From Thermoanaerobaculia bacterium (GTDB lineage Bacteria; Acidobacteriota; Thermoanaerobaculia; Multivoradales; UBA5704): a stretch of DNA of 64,000 nucleotides. Position numbers and translations under genes: made by a program. How positions within the stretch are numbered: position 1 is the stretch's first letter; each line of letters starts with the position of its first letter. Below the pieces are notes generated by a model, which worked only from the letters and a program-made list of their open reading frames with translations, was not told the origin of the DNA and did not search any database. Location: assembly GCA_044226625.1 (NCBI GenBank), contig JBGAGQ010000016.1, forward strand, positions 1 to 64,000, in the 5' to 3' direction. Below, piece by piece: positions 28,079 to 38,374 of this stretch.

Positions 28079-30013
28079 ATGACCGGCCGCTCGCTTCGCC
28101 AATCGATCTTGGGCTCGCGCGAAGCACGGATCGCGGGGCTTGCGCTCGTAGCGATCGGGGCGCACCTCGTGCTCCGTTTCGGGTTCTCGCGCCTCGGCTC
28201 GGCCGTGGTTTGGGAAGGCGGCGGAACCGCGATCCACGGCTTCGACTTCCCCCTCCTCGCGGCCCTGGCGCTCGGCGGCGCGCCGTTGGTTTGGACGCTG
28301 CTCCGCCAGGCGCTGCGGCGCGAGTTCGGCTCGGACCTACTCGCGGGGATCTCGATCGTGACGGCGCTGCTGCTCGGCGAATACCTCGCGGGCACTCTCG
28401 TCGTCCTGATGCTCTCGGGCGGTCAGGCGCTCGAAGCGTTCGCGGTGCGGAGCGCCTCGTCGGTGCTCGAAGCGCTCGCGAAACGGATGCCCGCGCTCGC
28501 CCATCGCCGGGCGGCCCGGGAGGCCGGTATGGAGAGCCAGCCGAGCCAGGAGATCGAGGACGTCGAGCTCGCCGAGGTGGCGATCGGCGACCAGCTGGTG
28601 GTCTTCCCGCACGAGATCTGCCCGGTGGACGGCGAGGTCGAAGAGGGGCACGGCTCGATGGACGAGTCGTACCTCACCGGCGAGCCCTACCGGATCGAAA
28701 AGACCCCCGGATCGAGCGTGCTTTCGGGCGCGGTCAACGGCGACAGCGTGCTGGTGATCCGCGCGGCCAAGAAGGCGGTCGATTCGCGCTACGCGAAGAT
28801 CATGGAGGTGATGCGCGCCTCCGAGCAGCGGCGCCCGCGGCTGCGGCGGCTCGGCGACCAGCTCGGCGCGATCTACACGCCGCTCGCGGTGGCGATCGCC
28901 GTGGCGGCCTGGGCGATCTCGGGCGAGACGACGCGATTCCTCGCCGTCCTGGTCGTCGCAACCCCCTGCCCGCTGCTGATCGCGATCCCGGTCGCGATCA
29001 TCGGCTCGATCTCGCTCGCGGCCAAGCGCGGCATCATCATCAAAGACCCGGCGGTGCTCGAACGGATCTCCACCTGCCGGACGGCGATCTTCGACAAGAC
29101 GGGCACGCTCACCTACGGCCAGCCGCGGCTGGTCGAGGTCGTGCCGCTCGGCGGCTTCTCGGCCGACGCCGTGCTCGCCGACGTGGCGAGCCTGGAGCGC
29201 TATTCGCGCCATCCGCTCGCGGGCGCCGTGCTCGACGCCGCGAAGGCGCGGGGACTCGCGCTCGCCCCGGCGACCGCGATCGGCGAGCGGGCGGGCGAAG
29301 GGCTCGAAGGAACGGTCTCCGGACGAACTCTCCACGTCGGCAGCCGGAGCGGCCTCGCGAAGGTCGATCCGACGGCGGCCGCCGCGCTGCCCGCGGGAAC
29401 CGGCGGGCTCGAATGCGTCGTGCGGAGCGACGGTCGCACGGCGGCGCTCCTCCGCTTCCGCGACACGCCGCGGCACGACGGCGCGGCGTTCATCCGCCAC
29501 CTCGCGCCGCACCATCGCTTCGACCGCGTCCTCCTGGTCTCGGGCGACCGGGAGGAGGAGGTCCGCTACCTCGCCGAGCAGGTCGGCATCCGCGAGGTCC
29601 ACGCCTCGCAATCGCCGGAGGAGAAGGTGGCGATCACCCGCGCCGAGACCGAGCGGGCGCCGACGCTGTTCCTGGGCGACGGCATCAACGACGCCCCGGC
29701 GCTCGCGACCGCGACCGTCGGCATCGCGTTCGGCAAGAACAGCGACGTCACCGCCGAGGCGGCGGGCGCGGTGATCCTCGACAGCTCCCTCGGCCGGGTG
29801 GACGAGCTGCTGCACGTCGCCGCGCGGATGCGCTCGATCGCGCTTCTGTCGGCGATCGGCGGCATGGCCCTGTCGGCCGTCGGCATGGCGATCGCCGCGG
29901 CGGGCTGGCTCTCCCCCGTCGCCGGGGCGATCGCCCAGGAGGCGATCGACGTCGCCGCCGTCCTCCAGGCGCTCCGCGCGGCCTGGCCACCAAAGACGCT
30001 CTCGGACTGTTGA
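28079..30013 (+). CDS. Heavy-metal P1B-type ATPase (P1B-5-like)
   Basis: [32 protein letters not shown] and QEAID. Confidence 0.93.
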   Translation: MTGRSLRQSILGSREARIAGLALVAIGAHLVLRFGFSRLGSAVVWEGGGTAIHGFDFPLLAALALGGAPLVWTLLRQALRREFGSDLLAGISIVTALLLGEYLAGTLVVLMLSGGQALEAFAVRSASSVLEALAKRMPALAHRRAAREAGMESQPSQEIEDVELAEVAIGDQLVVFPHEICPVDGEVEEGHGSMDESYLTGEPYRIEKTPGSSVLSGAVNGDSVLVIRAAKKAVDSRYAKIMEVMRASEQRRPRLRRLGDQLGAIYTPLAVAIAVAAWAISGETTRFLAVLVVATPCPLLIAIPVAIIGSISLAAKRGIIIKDPAVLERISTCRTAIFDKTGTLTYGQPRLVEVVPLGGFSADAVLADVASLERYSRHPLAGAVLDAAKARGLALAPATAIGERAGEGLEGTVSGRTLHVGSRSGLAKVDPTAAAALPAGTGGLECVVRSDGRTAALLRFRDTPRHDGAAFIRHLAPHHRFDRVLLVSGDREEEVRYLAEQVGIREVHASQSPEEKVAITRAETERAPTLFLGDGINDAPALATATVGIAFGKNSDVTAEAAGAVILDSSLGRVDELLHVAARMRSIALLSAIGGMALSAVGMAIAAAGWLSPVAGAIAQEAIDVAAVLQALRAAWPPKTLSDC

Positions 30014-30148
30014 AGGGGTCGATCCGCGGAGGGTTCGGAGAGGTCCGTCCCACGCCCCGTCGCGCTCGTCCCCGGGGCGTTGACGCCTCCGAGCTGCCGA
30101 TCGTAGAAATTGAACGAAGCCTTCGAACGATCGGCGCGAGGAGAGGAC

Positions 30149-32209
30149 ATGGTCTTACCGTGGAACGTGTGGAATGAGGGCGTCCGGAAATCTTGGTTGC
30201 TCCTCGGGAACGCGCCGATCGGGAGAGGGATCCGAGTCGCCAAAGTCTCGAGGATCGCGGGGATCGCCGTTGCCGCCACTCTGCTATGCGGCGCGGCCGG
30301 AGACGACGACCCGATCTGGCGCCCGGCGGGTCCTTTCGGGGGCAATCTCTTCTTCGTCCAAGCCGGCGCGGAGCCGGGCCGGCTCTACGGCAGCACGTTC
30401 GGCGGTTTGGGCTTCGCCAGCATGAATGGTGGGGACCACTGGACCCCCTTGCCCTGGATCACTGCGGGGTCGGGCGCGTCGGCCGATCTCGCCGTCCCGC
30501 TCGCCGCGGACCTCGACGACGGAGAGACCGTCTATTTCCGCACCCGTATCGGCGACTCCGAGCGCCTGTGGCGCAGCCGCGACGGCGGAAGTCATTTCGT
30601 GCCGATCGAGACCGGGCTCGACCTCTCGAGCCGCTTTTCTCTGGGTCTCGCGGTCGATCCAAGCCAGAGCACGCACCTTCTGCTCGCCACGAGCAACGGC
30701 CTGTTCACCAGCACGGACCGGGGGGACGCCTGGCGCCTGGCGGCCTTCCCTGGAAGCTCGGTCGCCTTCGTCGCCTTCGATCCCCGGCGGCCGGCTCACG
30801 TCGCGCTGACCGTTGACCGAGACGGGCCGGACGAGATCTGGCGCAGCGGCGATTTCGGGGGTTCGTGGAGCCGCTGCCCGACTCCCCCGCGCTGGATCTC
30901 GATCGGCCGCGTGGCGTGGAGCCAAACCGAGGCGGACACCTTCTACCTCACCGCGAACGGCCGCCCGTTCGTGGCCCGGGAGTTCTGCGCGAGCTTCACC
31001 CCGCTGCCGATCGGGCGCCGCGACGTCTGGGATCTCGTGGGGTTGGGCGACGGCACGCTGCTCGCCGGCACGCCGGCCGGCGTTTTTCGCAGCGAAGACG
31101 GTGGCCTCTCGTGGGAGCGATCGGGACCGGAGAGCGGAGACCCGGAGCGCTCGCCTCTACCGATCTTCCAGCTCCAGGCCGAGCGCGGAACGCTCGACGG
31201 CGCCTACGTGGCGGGCCTCGCCGGCCTGTTCCGATCGGAGGATTCCGGGCGGAGCTGGTCCCCGGCGAGCCGGGGCATCCGGGCGCTTTCGACCGAGGTG
31301 CTCGTAGGGGGCGCCCGGCCGCAGATCGTGTTTCGAGGGGTCGGCATCTTCCGGCTCACCGCGGCCGGCTGGCGCGACTCCGGCACCGGCCCGGTCGTGC
31401 GGCTCGACACCGGCCGGTTCTCGGTCGGCGACGTCCGGCTGGTCGCCGTCGATCCCGCCGACCCAGACAGCCTGCTGGCCAATGTGGGCCACGTCCTGGC
31501 CGGCAGCCACGACGGCGGCAGGAGTTGGCGGACCCTGGTCCCCGAGCCGCCCGCGGGTTCCCTGAATTTCACCGCGAAGGTCGCCGTCTTCGCGCCGGGC
31601 GATCCGCGGCGCGTCTATGTCGCGGGCATCACCTCGATCGGCCTCGGCCACGGCCCCGAGCCTGCGCTCTACCGCAGCCTCGACCGCGGTGCGACCTGGA
31701 CCGGCGCCAACGCGTTCGCCGACCTGCGCGCCCTGGCGGTGGATCCGCGCGATCCCAACGTGATCTACGCCGCGGCCGAAGGCCGATTCGCCGTAAGCCG
31801 CAACGGCGGACGCCACTGGCGCTGGACCGGCCAGGGTCTGCCGACGGGCTTCGGCAGCCTTCCCCAGGCGCTACGAATCGACCCCGAAAACCCGGATCGT
31901 CTGCTCCTCGCCAACCAGGACCAGGTTTGGCAGAGCTTGGACCGAGGCGCCACCTTCCAGCCCCTCGGCCAGGACTTTCCGGACGATTCGATCTCCGGCA
32001 TCGAGATCGACACGACCGGCGTCTATCTAAGCGTGGTCCGCCGCGGCATCTTCCGCTACGACTCCACCAGCCGGCGCTGGGAACCGCTCGGCCGCCGCTT
32101 TCCCAGCTGGCGATACTTCGGCGCCTTCACCCTCGATCCCTACCACCCCGGGCGGCTGTTCGCGGCGATCGCCGACGGTGGCCTGATGCGGCTCGACCTT
32201 GCGCCGTAA
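30149..32209 (+). CDS. Secreted BNR/Asp-box repeat beta-propeller protein
   Basis: Many SxDGGxxW boxes (SRDGGSHF, STDRGDAW, SEDGGLSW, SHDGGRSW, SLDRGATW). Start uncertain. Confidence 0.85.
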   Translation: MVLPWNVWNEGVRKSWLLLGNAPIGRGIRVAKVSRIAGIAVAATLLCGAAGDDDPIWRPAGPFGGNLFFVQAGAEPGRLYGSTFGGLGFASMNGGDHWTPLPWITAGSGASADLAVPLAADLDDGETVYFRTRIGDSERLWRSRDGGSHFVPIETGLDLSSRFSLGLAVDPSQSTHLLLATSNGLFTSTDRGDAWRLAAFPGSSVAFVAFDPRRPAHVALTVDRDGPDEIWRSGDFGGSWSRCPTPPRWISIGRVAWSQTEADTFYLTANGRPFVAREFCASFTPLPIGRRDVWDLVGLGDGTLLAGTPAGVFRSEDGGLSWERSGPESGDPERSPLPIFQLQAERGTLDGAYVAGLAGLFRSEDSGRSWSPASRGIRALSTEVLVGGARPQIVFRGVGIFRLTAAGWRDSGTGPVVRLDTGRFSVGDVRLVAVDPADPDSLLANVGHVLAGSHDGGRSWRTLVPEPPAGSLNFTAKVAVFAPGDPRRVYVAGITSIGLGHGPEPALYRSLDRGATWTGANAFADLRALAVDPRDPNVIYAAAEGRFAVSRNGGRHWRWTGQGLPTGFGSLPQALRIDPENPDRLLLANQDQVWQSLDRGATFQPLGQDFPDDSISGIEIDTTGVYLSVVRRGIFRYDSTSRRWEPLGRRFPSWRYFGAFTLDPYHPGRLFAAIADGGLMRLDLAP

Positions 32210-32250
32210 CCCGCGCCGCGCCCTGGCCCTCGGGCCAAGGGCGATCGGCC

Positions 32251-34671
32251 TTAGCGCGCCTCCAGCGCCCGTGCCGGGTCGACCTGCGCGGCGCGGTTGG
32301 ACGGGAGCCAGCAGGCGAGCGCCGTGACGGTCGCGAGGATTGAACCGATCGCGAGGTAGACGAGCGAATCGCTTGCGCCGACGTCGAACAGGAGCGCGGT
32401 CATCAGGCGGGTGACCGCGAGCGCCGCGGCGAGGCCGATCGCGAGGCCGGCGGCGGCGAGCTTCATCCCCTGGGAGAGCACCATCCTGCGGACCGACTCC
32501 GCGGTCGCACCGAGCGCCATCCGGACGCCGATCTCGGCCTGCCGCTGCGCGACCGAGTAGGCCATGACGCTGTAGACGCCGAGGCTCGCGAGCAGGAGCG
32601 CGAGTCCGGCGAAGGCGAGCAGCAGGTTCATCGTCAGCTTCCGCCCGGCGAGCGACCGGTCGACGATCTGCTGCAGGGTCCCGGGGTTGGTGAGCGCGAC
32701 GGCCGGATCGACCTCGGCGACCGCGGTGCGGACGCTCTGGACGAGGGCGGCCGGGTCGCCTTCGGTGCGGATGAGGATGCCGGTGAACTGCTCCGGCCGC
32801 TGGAGGACCGGATAGTACATCTCGGGATCGGGCGGAGCGGTGAGGCTCGCGGTATGGGTGTCGGCGACGACGCCGACGATCTCCGCCTCGAGCCCCATCA
32901 TGCCGGTGACCAGCGTGTGGCCGAGCGGGCTCTCGTGGGGAAAGAGCTGCTTGGCCATCGCCTCGTTGATGATGATCACCTGCTTGCCCGTCGGGCCGTC
33001 GTGCTCGTCGAAATCGCGGCCCGCCTTGATCGGGATGCCGAGCAGCGCGAAGCGCCCCGGGCTGATCAGGTTGCGGATCGCGAGCGGCCGCTCGGGCGCG
33101 GGCGGCAGCGGCCGTCCGATCACCGCGTACGGCGACTGACCGTTGTTGCCCGAAAGCGGCGGGTTGTCCGAGAGCGCGACCTGCTTCGCGCCAGGGATCT
33201 CCTGCAGCCGGTAATAGAGGCGGGTGTAGAAGTTGACCGTCGACTCGCCGCGCCACGGATAGCGCTCCGCCGGGAGGGTGAGGAAGCCGACGAACGTATG
33301 GTCGGAACGGAAGCCGGGCTCGACGCCGCGAATCTTCGCGAAGCTCGAGACCAACAGGCCGGTCGCCACCAGGAGCACGAACGACGCCGCGATCTCGGCG
33401 ATCAGGAGCGCGGCGTGGAAGCGATTGCGCCCGCGGTCGGCGGTCGAGCCGCGGCTCGCGTCGCCGACCGTCGAGGCGAGCGATCGCAGCGGCGTGCTGA
33501 GCGCGGTCATGAGCCCGAGGGCGAGCCCGGTGAGGAGCGCCACGCCGAGCGTGAAGGCGAGCACCGTCGCGTCGAGGCCGATCTCGCCGACGCGCGGAAT
33601 CTGGTCGGCGCCGACGCGCGTCACCACGCGCAGGCTCCCCCAGGCGAGAAGCAAGCCCAGCGCACCTCCCGCGAGCGCCAGGAGCACGCTTTCGGCGAGC
33701 AGCTGCGCGATCACGTGCGCGCGCCCCGCGCCGAGCGAGAGCCGGATCAGGAACTCCTTCCGCCGCTTCGCGAACCGCGCGAGGACGAGGTTCGCCACGT
33801 TCGCGCAGGCGATCAGCAGGACGGCCGCGACGGCGCCGAACAGCGTCGCGTAGGTGCCGCGCTCGCCGCCGACCAGGTTGTCGAGCATCCGTCCGGCCGT
33901 GAGCGCCGACTTGGAGTCGACGTTCGAGGGGTGGGCCTGGGCGTAGCTCTTCTCGATCACCTCGAGCTCGGTCCGCACCGTCTCGAGCTCGACGCCGGGC
34001 CGCAGGCGCGCGAAGACGTTGAAGAAGAAGCCGCCGTCGTCGATCTGCTTGCGGTTCAAGAACGGCGCCTCGTACGGCCGGGCGGTGAAGAGCTGCGTCT
34101 GGACCAGAGGGAAGCTCGAGATCTTCGCCGGCATGACGCCGACGATCGTGTGCGGCTTGCCGTCGAGCGTGACGGACTTACCGATAGCGTCCGGTTGGCC
34201 GCCGAATCGCGAGCGCCAGAAACCGTTCGAGAGGATCACCACGGGCGGCCCGCCGGGCGCCTCCTCGTCCGCCGCGAAGGTTCGCCCCAGCGCGGGCTCG
34301 ACGCCGAGCACCGAAAAGAAGTTCCCCGAGATCATGAGGGATTGGACCTGCTCGGGATCCCCGATCCCGGTGACGGTATAGGCGGTGAAGGTCGACACCG
34401 CGAGATCGGTGAACACCCGTTGGCGCTCGCGTAAGACCTCGTACCTGGGCCAGGAGAGAGGGGCCTGCTCGATCCCCTGCTCGGGGGCCGAGGAGCCCAC
34501 CTGCACCAGCCGCTCGGGATCCGCGTACGGCAGCGGCTGCAGGAAGATCGCCTCGATCAGGCTGAAGATGGCGGCGTTCGCGCCGATGCCCAGGGCGAGC
34601 GCAACCACCGCGACGATGGTGAATCCGGGCGACTTCGTGAGCGAGCGGACGGCGTAGCGGAGCGTCTTCAT
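32251..34671 (-). CDS. ABC-type duplicated permease (ADOP family)
   Basis: LRYAVRSLTKSPGFT, ALGIGANAAIFS, LLIACANVANL and EIGVRMALGA; two MacB/FtsX halves. Confidence 0.93.
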   Translation of the reverse strand: MKTLRYAVRSLTKSPGFTIVAVVALALGIGANAAIFSLIEAIFLQPLPYADPERLVQVGSSAPEQGIEQAPLSWPRYEVLRERQRVFTDLAVSTFTAYTVTGIGDPEQVQSLMISGNFFSVLGVEPALGRTFAADEEAPGGPPVVILSNGFWRSRFGGQPDAIGKSVTLDGKPHTIVGVMPAKISSFPLVQTQLFTARPYEAPFLNRKQIDDGGFFFNVFARLRPGVELETVRTELEVIEKSYAQAHPSNVDSKSALTAGRMLDNLVGGERGTYATLFGAVAAVLLIACANVANLVLARFAKRRKEFLIRLSLGAGRAHVIAQLLAESVLLALAGGALGLLLAWGSLRVVTRVGADQIPRVGEIGLDATVLAFTLGVALLTGLALGLMTALSTPLRSLASTVGDASRGSTADRGRNRFHAALLIAEIAASFVLLVATGLLVSSFAKIRGVEPGFRSDHTFVGFLTLPAERYPWRGESTVNFYTRLYYRLQEIPGAKQVALSDNPPLSGNNGQSPYAVIGRPLPPAPERPLAIRNLISPGRFALLGIPIKAGRDFDEHDGPTGKQVIIINEAMAKQLFPHESPLGHTLVTGMMGLEAEIVGVVADTHTASLTAPPDPEMYYPVLQRPEQFTGILIRTEGDPAALVQSVRTAVAEVDPAVALTNPGTLQQIVDRSLAGRKLTMNLLLAFAGLALLLASLGVYSVMAYSVAQRQAEIGVRMALGATAESVRRMVLSQGMKLAAAGLAIGLAAALAVTRLMTALLFDVGASDSLVYLAIGSILATVTALACWLPSNRAAQVDPARALEAR

Positions 34672-34723
34672 ACACCCCTCCTGACGAGCGGGTAGGCGAT
34701 CGACTTTCCCATGATACGCCCCG

Positions 34724-34793
34724 GACCCCGCAGGGTTTCCGCCCTCCCCGGCTCCTACCGCTGGGAACCAAAGGAGGGCGGAAACCCTGGGTC
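34724..34793. repeat. Long palindromic (REP-like) intergenic element
   Basis: Perfect 17-bp inverted repeat CAGGGTTTCCGCCCTCC (34731-34747) and GGAGGGCGGAAACCCTG (34773-34789). Confidence 0.8.
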
Positions 34794-34811
34794 AGAAAGG
34801 TATGCAATCAC

Positions 34812-37046
34812 CTACCGCCGGCTCACCACCTCGATCCCCTTCTCCAAAACCTCGTCGCGGCCCGCGGCGACTCCGGCGAGCGTCCGTACGACCGCGACGG
34901 TCGGCCGAATGCCCACGCCGTGGTGGGGCGAGCCGTCCTTCTTGAGCACGTCCATTCCGGTGTACCGCAGCGAATAGCCGCCGGCCACCGGGACCACGTC
35001 GAACCCGCCGTTGGTCCCCCCGGTCGGTCCGCCCACGAGCGCGCCCAGGTGCTCGTCCTCGACGATCCCCATCAGGCTCTCGGCGAAGGAGAGGACGCGG
35101 CCGTCGATCAGGAACGCGACCCGCCCCGAGATGCGCGGCGCGAGCGGCGTCAAGAAGAAGCTCGCCGTCCGCCAGCGCCAGCCCTTGCCGTCCGGTTGGG
35201 TGACGATGGGGATGTTGAACCAGTTCGTGAGAACCGGCTTGGCGAGCAGGTGCTGGAGCGCGCCGAGCGGGCTGAGCCAGGGGTACCCGCGCATGTCGAA
35301 CACCACGCCGTCGGCCGCGGCGAGCTGATCGATCGCCCCCTCGACGTCCTCGTCCGAGACGCGCGACAGATCGACGTAATAGATTCCCGGGCGGACCTGG
35401 GCGATCGGCTCCGGCCGCGGCTCCTCCGGGCTGCCGAACCCGCCGACGCCGACGGTGCTGCCGATCGGCGCCGTGTACGGAACCGAGACCGTGCGAACCG
35501 GACCGCCGGCTCGGGGCTGGACGGCGAGCGTCGCCGAGACCCCCGGCACGCCGGCGGCGAGCTCCATCAGGGAACGCCAGAGTCGCCACTGCGGCGTCGC
35601 CGCCGAGGTGAGGCCGGCGATCTCGGCGAGCGCGGCGGCGACCGGTTTGCCGTCGATCGAAAGGACCTGGTCCCCCGGCGCCAGGCCGTGTGTGGCGCCC
35701 GCCTCGACCGAGGTGATCACCAGCCGGTTCTCGATCCAATCCCAGGTGAAGGCGAAACGGACCGGCAGCGTGACCGGCATCACCCGGGCGTGGCCGTCGC
35801 CGAGCTCGGTCACCAGTCGGCGCAAGGTTTTAAGGTATGACGCCTCGTCCGGGTCGATCGCGGCGGAGGTCAATCCGCGTCGAAGCGCCCCGGGCCAGTC
35901 GGCGCCGACGATCCGGAAATACGGATAGAAGTGTTGCGGCACGCCCCAACCCACGGCGACGCCGGCAAGCCGCGTCGTGCGGTCGAGACCGCTCGGCACG
36001 AAACCGGCCGGTTTCGCCGGCACGGGAAGCGTCGGCGGCGAGGACGCATGCGGCAACGTTCCCTGACCGTCCGCCGGCAACGCCACCGGAACCACGGCCG
36101 AGACCCCGGCGCCGAGATCGGCGACGATCGGCAAGCCGATCGGCCTCGTCCGAGACGACAGCGCGCCCGCCCAACGCCCCGCCGTGGCACCGGAAACGCG
36201 CTGGAAGTCGTACTCCGCCCCGAACGGCTCATGCGAGGGGATCCACCCGCGCGGAGATAGACCGGCGAGCCCCTCTTCGAATCCCGGGTTGATCAGTTGG
36301 CCGGTGAGATCGAGGCCGTCGGCGCTCATCCGGACGTCGTCGAAGGAAAACCGGCCGGCCCCGGAGAGCTCGAACGAGAGAGTCGCCAGAACCGCTCCGG
36401 CCGGGACCTCGGCGAGGAGCTCGATGCGCCGCCACCCCTCGTGGCCGTTGCCTCCGGCGACCGTCTGAGAGAAGACCACGGGGTCTCCCCCGCCGGCCGG
36501 AACGGCGCTCAGCCGGATCGCCGCCTGCCCCGCCGCGTCGTCGAGGCGAGTCGAAACGGAGATGCGCACCCGGTGGCCGCGCAGGCGAAGGACATCCAGC
36601 TCCTGGGCGACCGTCGCCGTAGCGCCGTTGGGAAAGCGGCCGACCTCCACGCGCTCGCTCTGGTACGAGGTGAAGGCGACGTGGAGGTCGAGACCTTCAT
36701 GGCGCCAGGCGATCCAGCGGAGCGTCGCGGAGGCGGGAGCGGTCGCGGTCGAATCGGACACCGCCGGAGTCACCGGAACGGCGTGCGAAGACAGAGGGAA
36801 CGGCAGCACCTGGACGGTCGGCGCGATGCCTTCGAACAGGGAGGAGAGCGCGGCGGCGAGCTCGCGCGGATCGCGAGCGCCGAAGTAACGGACATACCCG
36901 ACCAGGCGGGAGAGGGCTGTGAGATTCGCGAGACCCCGATCGTCGAGCGGCCGGGGCGGCACGTCGCCCGTCGCCGCGGAAAGGGCGAGGGGCAGAAGGA
37001 AAAGCCATCCGAGAAGGATGGCGAGAAGCAAGGGTCGTCGGTTCAC
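34812..37046 (-). CDS. S41-family peptidase with PDZ domain, secreted
   Basis: Signal peptide, QHFYPYF, LGDGH, PDZ segment (GLAPGDQVLSIDG), FDMRGYP, LSFAES and TGGTNG. Confidence 0.88.
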   Translation of the reverse strand: MNRRPLLLAILLGWLFLLPLALSAATGDVPPRPLDDRGLANLTALSRLVGYVRYFGARDPRELAAALSSLFEGIAPTVQVLPFPLSSHAVPVTPAVSDSTATAPASATLRWIAWRHEGLDLHVAFTSYQSERVEVGRFPNGATATVAQELDVLRLRGHRVRISVSTRLDDAAGQAAIRLSAVPAGGGDPVVFSQTVAGGNGHEGWRRIELLAEVPAGAVLATLSFELSGAGRFSFDDVRMSADGLDLTGQLINPGFEEGLAGLSPRGWIPSHEPFGAEYDFQRVSGATAGRWAGALSSRTRPIGLPIVADLGAGVSAVVPVALPADGQGTLPHASSPPTLPVPAKPAGFVPSGLDRTTRLAGVAVGWGVPQHFYPYFRIVGADWPGALRRGLTSAAIDPDEASYLKTLRRLVTELGDGHARVMPVTLPVRFAFTWDWIENRLVITSVEAGATHGLAPGDQVLSIDGKPVAAALAEIAGLTSAATPQWRLWRSLMELAAGVPGVSATLAVQPRAGGPVRTVSVPYTAPIGSTVGVGGFGSPEEPRPEPIAQVRPGIYYVDLSRVSDEDVEGAIDQLAAADGVVFDMRGYPWLSPLGALQHLLAKPVLTNWFNIPIVTQPDGKGWRWRTASFFLTPLAPRISGRVAFLIDGRVLSFAESLMGIVEDEHLGALVGGPTGGTNGGFDVVPVAGGYSLRYTGMDVLKKDGSPHHGVGIRPTVAVVRTLAGVAAGRDEVLEKGIEVVSRR

Positions 37047-37264
37047 GATAGCTCCTTCGAGTCGCGCCCGGCGAGTTTGCCGCGCGCGAAAGGCTCTATC
37101 TGTGAAATCGAAAATGCGGGCGCGAAGACGACAGAGCGTGTATTTCGCGGTCTCGTCTTGGGCCGCAAGAAATCGCCGCGGCTCGCACTCTCACCTCGGC
37201 GCCAACGTTTCGGCCTATTTCTGCTCGCTGATCGGGACGGAGAAGCGAAAGCCGCTAGCCGACC

Positions 37265-37550
37265 GAGGAAGTCACTTCACGGCTTCGGGGCGCGCTCGCC
37301 GGTCCAGGAAGTCGCTTCCCACGCCAGGAAGTCCCTTCTCGGCGCAGGAAGTCACTTCCCAGCGCAGGAAGTCACTCGCCGGTTCAGGAAGTGACTTCCC
37401 AGCTCAGGAAATGACTTCCCGATTCAGGAAGCGACTTCCCAACGCAGGAAGTCACTCGCCGATTCAGGAAGTGATTTCCCGGCTCAGGCAGTGACTTTAC
37501 ACGCCAGGAAGTGACTTCCCAGAACAGGAAGTCACTTCCTGTACCAGGAG
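37265..37550. repeat. 20-bp tandem array with palindromic core CAGGAAGT(C/G)ACTTCC
   Basis: CAGGAA-like starts occur every 20 bp from 37305 to 37545 (12 clear units), with degenerate units at 37265 and 37285. The last 4 nt of each unit vary. Confidence 0.97.
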
Positions 37551-37583
37551 ACCGCCTTCGCCAGCATAAGTTCTCTTACGCCT

Positions 37584-37640
37584 TCACCAACACCGCACCC
37601 GGAGCGGGATGCGACACGCGCGATGCGAAAGCCGCGAGCC
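37584..37640 (+). repeat. Diverged direct repeat C, left copy (glyoxalase/VOC-like 5' remnant)
   Basis: Ungapped 41/57 match to 44113-44169. Translates FTNTAPGAGCDTRDAKAAS versus LTNAVPCMRYDNRDAIAAI. Confidence 0.65.
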
Positions 37641-37689
37641 ACAAGCGGATTTCATCGTCGTCGCCCGGAGCGAGGCAGACGTCGCGCGC

Positions 37690-37975
37690 GCGGCCGACAG
37701 CGACCGCCAGCCGTACACGGAGACTCCCTCCCGCTCTCCCCCGTACACGAGGGCGGCGGGAGCTTGCGGGACGCCGACCAGGCGCCGCGAGAAGTCGAGC
37801 CCCGCGAAGAAGTCCGAGGCGACGGTCTGGGCGGATTTGCTCTCGACCGCCACGCGGTCGCGCCCCAGGTCCACGACCGCGTCGATTTCATGGCCGGTCG
37901 AATCCCGCGAACGCCCGAACGTCGGGCTCTTCGAGAGACGCATACGCGTAGCCGGGGAACGCCGCCCGGACCGCC
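37690..37975 (-). pseudogene. Internally deleted AAA_14/DUF4143 ATPase remnant
   Basis: N-terminal piece VRAAFPGYAYASLEEPDVRAFA abuts, in another frame, the C-terminal PD-(D/E)xK piece RDSTGHEIDAVVD...AVESKSAQTVASDFFAGL. Confidence 0.7.
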
Positions 37976-38374
37976 CGGTGTCCGACAAGCCTTGCGTCAA
38001 GGGGTAGCCCTGGAATCCGCCGACCGCTTCCCTTCGGTCGCCGCGCTCGCCGAAGCCATCGAGCGAGGTCTCGTCGCGCCCGTCGAGGTCGCGAAGCCAG
38101 CTCTGAGTCGGCGAGCTTCCGCTGAGAAGCCGAAGTCTTCAAAACCGAATCTGCCCCTCCTTCCCTACCTGGAAGCGGAGGTCGCCAAGCTCCCAGAAGA
38201 AGATCGTCGCGGGGCTGTTCTCGCGGCGATCGAAAGGGCTGCTTGGGAAGTAGTCGAGCGCCCAGGCGACGACGCCGAGGGTTTGGAGGTCGTCCGCGCT
38301 GAGCGGAAGATCCCAGACTCCAGAGATACCGCTACACACGGGGCTCGGTCTCCAGATGTGCGCGCCGAGCGTGT

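Noticed and set aside
25722-28127. 801-aa minus-strand ORF, and many other long Arg/Ala/Pro-rich ORFs in the track
   Set aside because: These are antisense or alternative-frame artefacts of high GC. Only the short Cas6-like stretch within this one is meaningful.
37265-37550. 20-bp array as a CRISPR or TIGR-type guide array, or as a coding repeat
   Set aside because: The variable part is only about 4 nt, no nuclease or Nop-domain gene is adjacent, and the period is not a multiple of three.
38139-38339. Small minus-strand ORF as a PIN toxin or CHAT partner
   Set aside because: No convincing motif or RBS, and the opposite strand looks more like coding debris.
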